Assembly (NCBI GenBank): GCA_963836075.1
Contig: CAWIIB010000009.1
Coordinates: 2,912,001 to 2,976,000 of the forward strand
Length of the DNA: 64,000 bases
DNA from: an uncultured Acidobacteriota bacterium
GTDB lineage: Bacteria > Acidobacteriota > JAQAZP01
Direction of reading: 5' to 3'
In this document: positions 57,977 to 64,000 of the stretch, one piece after another
How the letters are laid out: every line of letters starts with the position of its first letter
How positions within the stretch are numbered: the first letter of the stretch is position 1
Made by a program: the position numbers and the translations under genes
Notes under the pieces: generated by a model
The model's input: only the letters and a program-made list of their open reading frames with translations
What the model was told of the DNA's origin: nothing
The model's database searches: none

Positions 57977-58942
57977 ATGAGCGAGCCCGACGCCACGGCG
58001 GACGATGCCGTGGAGGACCAGGACCTCGAACTGCTGGTGCCCGAGCTGGTGGAGGAGGATATGGAAGGGCGGGGGGGGGTGGTCCCCTACGACCCGGTTC
58101 GCCGCTACCTGGCGGAGATCTCCCGCTTCGATCCGCTCTCCCGCGAGGAGGAGCACCAGCTGGCCCTGCGCTACAGCGAAGAGGGGGACAAGGAAGCGGC
58201 CCGGATCCTGGTCAGCGCCAACCTCAAGCAGGTGGTGCGTCTGGCGTTCATGTTCAGCCGCTACTACCAGAATGTGATGGACCTGGTCCAGGAGGGCAAT
58301 GTCGGCCTGATGCAGGCGGTGCAACGTTTCGACCCCTTCCGCGGTACCCGGCTCTCCACCTACGCCACCTTCTGGATCCGGGCCTACATGATCAAGTTCC
58401 TCACCGACAACTGGCGGCTGGTGCGGGTGGGGACCACCAACACGCGGCGCAAGCTGCTCTACAACCTGCAGAAGGAGAAGGCGCGGCTGGAGTCCATGGG
58501 CATCGGTTACGGCCCCAAGCTGCTGGCCGAGAAATTCGGCGCGTCGGAGCAGGACGTCCGCGACATCGAGGAGAGTCTCGGGTCATCGGACCTCTCCCTG
58601 GACCAGCCGCTGGGGTTCGACACCGACCGCAGCTTCGGCGATGTCCTGGCGGACGATGAAGAGCCGCTGGAGGACGTATTGGCCAACGAGGACTTCCTCC
58701 GGGTTTTTCGTGAAAAGGTCGCTGTCTTCGCTGAGCAACTTGAAGAGCGTGACCGGTATATCCTCGAAAACCGGTTGATCGCCGAGGAGCCGGTGACGCT
58801 GCAGCAGATCGGCGACCGCTTCGGTATCACCAGGGAGGGGAGCCGGCTGGTGGAGGGCAAGCTGCTGGATCGCCTGAAGGCCTTCGTCCGGGCGGAAATG
58901 GCAAACAGGGCCGGCCCGGACGCGCCGGTGGAGGAAGAGTGA
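57977..58942 (+). CDS. rpoH: RNA polymerase sigma-32-like factor
   Basis: YLAEISRFDPLSREEE, DLVQEGNVGLM.AV.RFDP, YATFWIRA; RpoH-box-like WRLVRVGTTNTRRKLLYNL; region 4 TLQQIGDRFGITRE. Confidence 0.85.
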   Translation: MSEPDATADDAVEDQDLELLVPELVEEDMEGRGGVVPYDPVRRYLAEISRFDPLSREEEHQLALRYSEEGDKEAARILVSANLKQVVRLAFMFSRYYQNVMDLVQEGNVGLMQAVQRFDPFRGTRLSTYATFWIRAYMIKFLTDNWRLVRVGTTNTRRKLLYNLQKEKARLESMGIGYGPKLLAEKFGASEQDVRDIEESLGSSDLSLDQPLGFDTDRSFGDVLADDEEPLEDVLANEDFLRVFREKVAVFAEQLEERDRYILENRLIAEEPVTLQQIGDRFGITREGSRLVEGKLLDRLKAFVRAEMANRAGPDAPVEEE

Positions 58943-59391
58943 TGAGCGAGAAAAAGAAAATAGAGTACCGCGGCCCCGGGACGCCGCCAAAGGAGCTGGG
59001 TACCGTTACCCTGACGCCGGAGGGGATACTGGAGCTGCCCCAGCGGGTAATGAATACCTGCGTCCGGGAACGCACCGTCTGCCGCCTCTGGTTTGAGGAG
59101 CAGGCCCGGCACGTGGGGATCAAGTTGGGCGCCGAGGGCCGCAAGGACGCCGTGCCCATCGAGGTGGAGGGCGAGGGCCCGACACGCCGCGGCCGCATCG
59201 ACCTCAACCGCATGCTGGCGGCCTACGGGGCGACGCTCCCCGGGGAGCCGGTGGAACTGCCGGTGCTCTGGAAGCAGGAACTCGATTTCTTCGAGGTCAG
59301 CCTCACCGGGGAGGCCGAGGCCATTGTCCCGATGAAGGATCTCGACCGCTCGAAGATCAAGAGCATCCTTGACGACTACGACCCGCTCTAA
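58942..59391 (+). CDS. Hypothetical protein, translationally coupled to rpoH
   Basis: TGATG overlap with the rpoH stop; typical codon bias; no recognised motif. Confidence 0.7.
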   Translation: MSEKKKIEYRGPGTPPKELGTVTLTPEGILELPQRVMNTCVRERTVCRLWFEEQARHVGIKLGAEGRKDAVPIEVEGEGPTRRGRIDLNRMLAAYGATLPGEPVELPVLWKQELDFFEVSLTGEAEAIVPMKDLDRSKIKSILDDYDPL

Positions 59392-59502
59392 CTGTCATTG
59401 CGAGGAGCCGTCGAAGACGGTGACGAAGCAATCTCATTGATTTGGAAAAACATCCGAGGAGATCGCCGCGTCGTCGGCTGCGCCGACTCCTCGCGATGAC
59501 AG
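59392..59502. repeat. Palindromic REP/RPE-like element (GTCATTGCGAGGAG...CTCCTCGCGATGAC)
   Basis: Terminal IR CTGTCATTGCGAGGAG/CTCCTCGCGATGACAG, inner GACGAAGCAATCTC/GAGATCGCCGCGTC pairing and small side hairpins. Confidence 0.8.
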
Positions 59503-59620
59503 GAAGCGGGGCTGCACCTGCTCCCTGCAATGATGGAAGCGCAGTGGCTAGGTAACTGGTCCTTCCTGTAATATAATCACTTTTTTCATTGCCCCGGGGG
59601 CAAGGGAGGTCCGCGGTCAA

Positions 59621-60664
59621 ATGCACGTGCTGGTTACAGGCGGAGCAGGCTTCATCGGGAGCCATGTGGCCGCATTTTACGCCGGGCAGGGCGAGCGGGT
59701 GACGGTCCTGGACAACCTCAGCCGGCAAAAGCTGCTGGGTAAATCCGAGGCCAATGCCCTCTGCAACTGGAACTATCTCGACGGGCTGGGGGGAGTCACC
59801 CTGGTCCGGGGGGATGTTTGCGACGCTGCCGCGCTGGACAAGGTATGCCCTGGTGTCGACCTGATCGTCCACGCCGCGGCCCAGACCGCGGTGACCACCT
59901 CCATCGTCCGCCCGGCTGAAGACTTCTCCTCCAACGCCATGGGCAGTTTCAGCCTGCTGGAGGCCGCGCGGCGCCACCAGGTGCCGGCGGTGATCTACTG
60001 TTCGACGAACAAGGTCTATGGCGACCGGGTGAACCGGGTCCCGGTGGTCGAGGGGGAGAGCCGCTACGCTTTCGGCGCGGAGCACGCTTGCGGTATCAGC
60101 GAGGACTTCGGGGTGGACCTCTGCGAGCACACCCCCTACGGCTGTTCCAAGCTCACCGGCGACCTCTACATGCAGGACTACGCGCACATCCACGGCATCC
60201 GCACCGGGGTCTTTCGCATGTCCTGCATCTACGGCGAACGCCAGATGGGCGTGGAGGACCAGGGCTGGCTGGCCTGGTTCACCATCGCCGCCTTGACCGG
60301 CCGGCCGATCACCCTTTTCGGTGACGGCAAGCAGGTGCGTGATGTGCTCTATGTCGGCGACCTTGTCCAACTGTTCAGCAGATTTGCTGAGTCCGACGAG
60401 CCCCACACCGTCTGCAACGCCGGCGGCGGGCCGGACAACACACTCTCCCTGCTCGAGTTGATCGGGCTGCTGGAGGAGCAGACCGGAAAGCGCAGTCCGG
60501 TGGCCTTCGCTCCCTGGCGGCCCTCGGACCAGAAAGTTTACATTTCCGATATCAGCAAGGCCGCGCGGACCTTTGACTGGGCGCCGGCCACCACACCCCG
60601 GGAAGGGGTGCGGCGGCTGGTCCGCTGGGTCGGTGAGAACCTCGACCTTTTCCATGACATCTGA
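59621..60664 (+). CDS. NAD-dependent nucleotide-sugar epimerase (CDP-paratose 2-epimerase/RfbE-like)
   Basis: VTGGAGFIGS, AAQTAVTTS, STNKVYG, PYGCSK, RMSCIYG..Q.GVEDQGWLAWF, GDGKQVRD. Confidence 0.9.
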   Translation: MHVLVTGGAGFIGSHVAAFYAGQGERVTVLDNLSRQKLLGKSEANALCNWNYLDGLGGVTLVRGDVCDAAALDKVCPGVDLIVHAAAQTAVTTSIVRPAEDFSSNAMGSFSLLEAARRHQVPAVIYCSTNKVYGDRVNRVPVVEGESRYAFGAEHACGISEDFGVDLCEHTPYGCSKLTGDLYMQDYAHIHGIRTGVFRMSCIYGERQMGVEDQGWLAWFTIAALTGRPITLFGDGKQVRDVLYVGDLVQLFSRFAESDEPHTVCNAGGGPDNTLSLLELIGLLEEQTGKRSPVAFAPWRPSDQKVYISDISKAARTFDWAPATTPREGVRRLVRWVGENLDLFHDI

Positions 60665-60711
60665 TGCCGCCGGCATCTCGACGGCGGCGCGCTCCAGGGG
60701 AAGAAGCACCG

Positions 60712-61953
60712 ATGAAAGTTGGAGTGATCAGTGAAAGCCCGCTGTTGACCACCGGCTACGGAGTGCCCACCAGGCATCTCTGCCAGCGCTTCCACCAGAG
60801 CGGGATGGACGTGGCCTGCCTGGGAATCCACCAGGTGGCCTTCGGCTACCACGAGCACACGCTGCCCTACCGGGTCTGGCCCACCTGTCCCCACGACGAG
60901 AACGGGCTGGAGCTGATGGAGTATTTCCTGCGGGGAGAACAACCCGATGTGCTCCTGCTGCTCAACACGCTGCCGGTGTGCAACGAGTGGGCGGCGCTGT
61001 TGCGGCGCAAGTTCAAAGTGATGATCCCGGCGCTGGCCTATTTTTCCGCCGAGGGTGCGCCGCTCAGCCCGGACTGGTTCAACACCTTCCGCTTCGTGCA
61101 GAAATCGGTGGCCTGGACCGAGTTCACCCGGCAGTCGGCCATGGACGCCTACAACGTGAATACCGAGTCGGTTTACATGGGTGTGGACCACGAGGCGTTC
61201 CAGCCCTACGACGACGAGCGGCGCAAGACGCTGCGCCAGGCGGTGGGGTGGGACGACCGGTTCGTGGTGCTCTTCGTCGGGCGGAATATGTTTGCCAAGC
61301 AGCAGGACAAAATGGTGGAGGCGGCCTCCATCCTGCGCCAGGAGGGGCACGAAGACGTGCTGATCCACCTGCAGTGCAAACCGTTCGAGAGCTACAGCAA
61401 CGGCGGGTGGGACCTGCCATCGCTCTGCCGTCAGTGGGACGTGCGGGAGATGATCTCCTTCCCGCCCGACATGCGCAACCAGGCCTATGCCACGCCCCAC
61501 TCCCGTGACCCGAAGAGCGTCAATCTTTCCGGGGATGTGCTGGCCAACCTCGCCTCGCTCAGCCTGGCCGACCGCTACAACTGCGCCGACCTCTACATTC
61601 ACCCCTCGATGGTGGAGGGCTTCAGCTTCCCCTGTGCCGAGGCCATGGCCTGCGGCGTTCCCATCGCCCACACCGACGACAACGGGGTGATGAACGAGGT
61701 GTGCGGCGAGGCCGGATACCGCATCCCCCGGGTGGCCGAGATGACCGTTTCCTGGGGCTCCCGCTACAGCGTTCTCTCGGCCCGGGATATCGCCGATACG
61801 ATCATCCGCTTCCGCGACAAGCTGCGGGATAATCCGGAAGAACGGAAACGTCTCGGTGGTCTCGGCGTGAAGCAGTCGATGCGCTACAACTGGGACAAGA
61901 CCGCTTCGTCGATCATGAAAATGCTGGAACAGACGGCCGCGATAAGGCTCTGA
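60712..61953 (+). CDS. Glycosyltransferase family 4
   Basis: TGYG, GVD, VGRN...KQ, EGFSFPCAEAMACGVP. Confidence 0.88.
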   Translation: MKVGVISESPLLTTGYGVPTRHLCQRFHQSGMDVACLGIHQVAFGYHEHTLPYRVWPTCPHDENGLELMEYFLRGEQPDVLLLLNTLPVCNEWAALLRRKFKVMIPALAYFSAEGAPLSPDWFNTFRFVQKSVAWTEFTRQSAMDAYNVNTESVYMGVDHEAFQPYDDERRKTLRQAVGWDDRFVVLFVGRNMFAKQQDKMVEAASILRQEGHEDVLIHLQCKPFESYSNGGWDLPSLCRQWDVREMISFPPDMRNQAYATPHSRDPKSVNLSGDVLANLASLSLADRYNCADLYIHPSMVEGFSFPCAEAMACGVPIAHTDDNGVMNEVCGEAGYRIPRVAEMTVSWGSRYSVLSARDIADTIIRFRDKLRDNPEERKRLGGLGVKQSMRYNWDKTASSIMKMLEQTAAIRL

Positions 61954-61982
61954 TGCTTTATTGCCGCGCCGAGGAGGGAACC

Positions 61983-62414
61983 ATGAGCCGTTCTCATCCC
62001 CTGTATGGTTTTTCAGCCATCATGCTGGTCCTGGGTCTCATTCTTGCCGGAGGCTGCGGCACGGAGAAGGAGTACGCCTCCGGCCTGGTGGGTGGCTATG
62101 ACGAGGCCAAGGCCACCGGCACGGCGGCGGACATGCAGGCCATCGGCCGGGCCCTGGCCGCCTACCAGCTGGACAACGGCGACTTCCCCTCAGCCGCCGG
62201 AATCGACGCTCTCTGCGGGCAGTTGAGTCCGGACTACCTGCGCCTGGGGTCCACGGCGGACAAGTGGGGGAACCCGTTCAGCTACACCGTTCGCGGGGCC
62301 GGGTACCGCTTGGTGTCGAAAGGTGAGGACGGGCGAGAGGGCACCGAGGACGACCTGGTGCTGGAAGACGGCCGGCTGACCCAGACGCCGCCGGGATTCG
62401 GGCCAACCTTCTGA
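61983..62414 (+). CDS. Lipoprotein with a type II secretion pseudopilin G (T2SSG)-like head domain
   Basis: Lipobox LAGGC; AL..Y.LDNG.FP, DKWGNPFSY, LVSKGEDGREGTEDD. Confidence 0.75.
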   Translation: MSRSHPLYGFSAIMLVLGLILAGGCGTEKEYASGLVGGYDEAKATGTAADMQAIGRALAAYQLDNGDFPSAAGIDALCGQLSPDYLRLGSTADKWGNPFSYTVRGAGYRLVSKGEDGREGTEDDLVLEDGRLTQTPPGFGPTF

Positions 62415-62427
62415 GCCGCGGGCCGAG

Positions 62428-63177
62428 GTGATCATGCACGTCACAGCAGCACGACAGTTTGTCGCCTGTGCCATTGTTCTTGCCCTGTGCGGTACCCTGG
62501 CGCTTTCCACCGCCTGCTACCGTCCCCCCGACTATGTGGTGGACACCATCATCGACTACATCGCTGCCGTCCAGGGGCAGGACATCGGCCGGCTCTACCA
62601 GCTGCGCAGCGGCCGCCAGCCGCCGCCGGGTATCCTTCCCGGCCTGCCCCACGTCCCCGCCATCTGGGAGGACCGGCCGTTCGAGCCGTCCGGCAACCTG
62701 GGCTTCGACCTGCTGCGCGAACGGGCCCAGGTGGCGTACCACCTCTACGAAAAGGGCCGCGAACGGGGCCGGCTTCGTCTATCACCCCTGGGCATCGTAC
62801 TGATTAAAGGACTGGTCCTGGGACGGGGCGTGATGTACAACGTCGTCGAGCGTGTCGATCATCCGGACGGCCGGGTCAACGTCATTCTCCAGGTGGACCT
62901 GAACTACGAACAGATCAATTACCACCAGTTGCCCGACGGGACCATCGTCTACTTCATGGGGCACCCGCTGGGCGCCACCCACCCGGCAACGGTGGGAGTG
63001 CGGCTCAGGGGGGCGGTGAAGCTGCTTGACCGGCTGCGGGTGCGCGTTGACCTGGCTCCCGCCGGCCCGGCATCGGCCCACGGGTGGCAGGTGCTCAGCT
63101 TCACGCCGCAACCGGGCAGCGACGAGTACATCACGGTCACCGGGCAGATCGGCAACCGCAGCTGGCTGCGTGAGTGA
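62428..63177 (+). CDS. Hypothetical lipoprotein
   Basis: Hydrophobic N-terminus with LSTAC lipobox; GC3-biased ORF; start uncertain (62428 or 62434). Confidence 0.7.
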   Translation: MIMHVTAARQFVACAIVLALCGTLALSTACYRPPDYVVDTIIDYIAAVQGQDIGRLYQLRSGRQPPPGILPGLPHVPAIWEDRPFEPSGNLGFDLLRERAQVAYHLYEKGRERGRLRLSPLGIVLIKGLVLGRGVMYNVVERVDHPDGRVNVILQVDLNYEQINYHQLPDGTIVYFMGHPLGATHPATVGVRLRGAVKLLDRLRVRVDLAPAGPASAHGWQVLSFTPQPGSDEYITVTGQIGNRSWLRE

Positions 63178-63232
63178 GCGCAGCGCGTGATGGAAAGAGT
63201 GCCGTTGGGGGTTGCGGCGATCATACGATTCG

Positions 63233-63261
63233 TTGACACGGTCTGACCCCTGTATTATATT
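63233..63261 (+). promoter_or_regulatory. Sigma70-type promoter
   Basis: TTGACA-17 nt-TATATT upstream of ATG 63323. Confidence 0.65.
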
Positions 63262-63322
63262 TTTTCCACAGCAATCGAGCCGTATCCATTGATGAGCATT
63301 GTGCCCTGGTAGTGGAGTTGTG

Positions 63323-64000
63323 ATGGGTATCGATCAGGAATCCGGCAAACCTGAACATGACGTGGCATCCTACCTGCAGTCTCTCGACTGGTCCGAACGC
63401 GAGGAGCACTGGTGGAGTGTGCTGCGGCCTCTCGGTGTCGATCCCCAGGCGCTGGAACGGGTGGATGAGGAAGGCCGCCAGATCGACCAGTTGCCCCGCT
63501 GGGCCATCGAAATCAGGCAGCAGATTCGCGATTTCTCGCCCTGTCACTACAGTTTCCCCCATGCCCTGGAACTGCTGCTGGAGGGGGTGGGCAATGAAGC
63601 CCCCGACCCGAGTTTTCGCGGCTGCCGCAGTTTCAGCGACAGCCGGCGTGACGAGGCCCGGCACCAGGCAGGCATCCTGCAGAAGTGGTTCAGTGCCAAG
63701 GGGCGTGTCGATGCGCCCTCCTCCCGTGAAGAGCATTGCCCGGATGTCAATCCCCGGGAGATGCTGGCCACCCTCGGCAAGGCCAGTCCGGGCAAGCTGG
63801 AGCAGCTGAAAAAGCTGCTCGCGGTTCTGAGCCGCGAACGGAAAAAGGGCGGCGGGATGGAGCATTTCTCGCTCAACGGCTGGAAGCTCAAACAGCCGCT
63901 TCGCGAACCGCTGGTCTGCGACCAGGCCGGTTGCGGGGGCCTGGGCACGAAGGGCGGCGGCGCGCGGGTCTTCGAAAACAACCCGGTCTGCCATTTCAAG
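63323..64000 (+). CDS. Hypothetical protein, 5' part (runs off the window; absent from the ORF track)
   Basis: GGAG RBS, ATG 63323, open for 226 codons to the window end (MGIDQESGKPEHDVASYLQSLDW...PVCHFK). Confidence 0.75.
   Translation, partial: MGIDQESGKPEHDVASYLQSLDWSEREEHWWSVLRPLGVDPQALERVDEEGRQIDQLPRWAIEIRQQIRDFSPCHYSFPHALELLLEGVGNEAPDPSFRGCRSFSDSRRDEARHQAGILQKWFSAKGRVDAPSSREEHCPDVNPREMLATLGKASPGKLEQLKKLLAVLSRERKKGGGMEHFSLNGWKLKQPLREPLVCDQAGCGGLGTKGGGARVFENNPVCHFK

Overview
High-GC (roughly 65-70%) bacterial chromosome segment with about 50 genes; no rRNA, tRNA, CRISPR array, transposase or phage module was recognised. Left to right: a sigma54-promoter-driven FN3/Ig/FG-GAP surface protein; a Cys-rich microprotein; a WecA-like transferase; a cNMP-FHA protein; a three-gene GAK-like core (PhoU-kinase, RimK-like ATP-grasp, HprK-related kinase B) followed by SH3, FHA-PEGA, NHL and HEAT proteins and a convergent propeller-PP2C phosphatase; two hybrid histidine kinases; dinB facing DUF72; gatC-gatA; an amidase; a duplicated beta-helix/BACON protein; a type II PKS-like (KS plus chain-length factor) glycosylated-lipid or polyene cluster with an Opp-type transporter; a MITE-like palindromic element; a MacAB-like exporter; a BNR/FG-GAP protein; a secreted metallophosphoesterase; an Fe/B12 ABC importer; rpoH; sugar-nucleotide genes; and a lipidated pseudopilin-like protein. 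Six single-base frameshifts, one in gatA, most likely reflect assembly indels. Best leads: (1) a C-terminal domain (DVTPxPYNQPP..SGDS..C) shared by a large secreted protein and a stand-alone 59-aa ORF 28 kb away, (2) the reduced GAK system inside an FHA/PP2C signalling neighbourhood, (3) the KS/CLF cluster with atypical enzymes. All family calls come from motifs read by eye; no searches were run.
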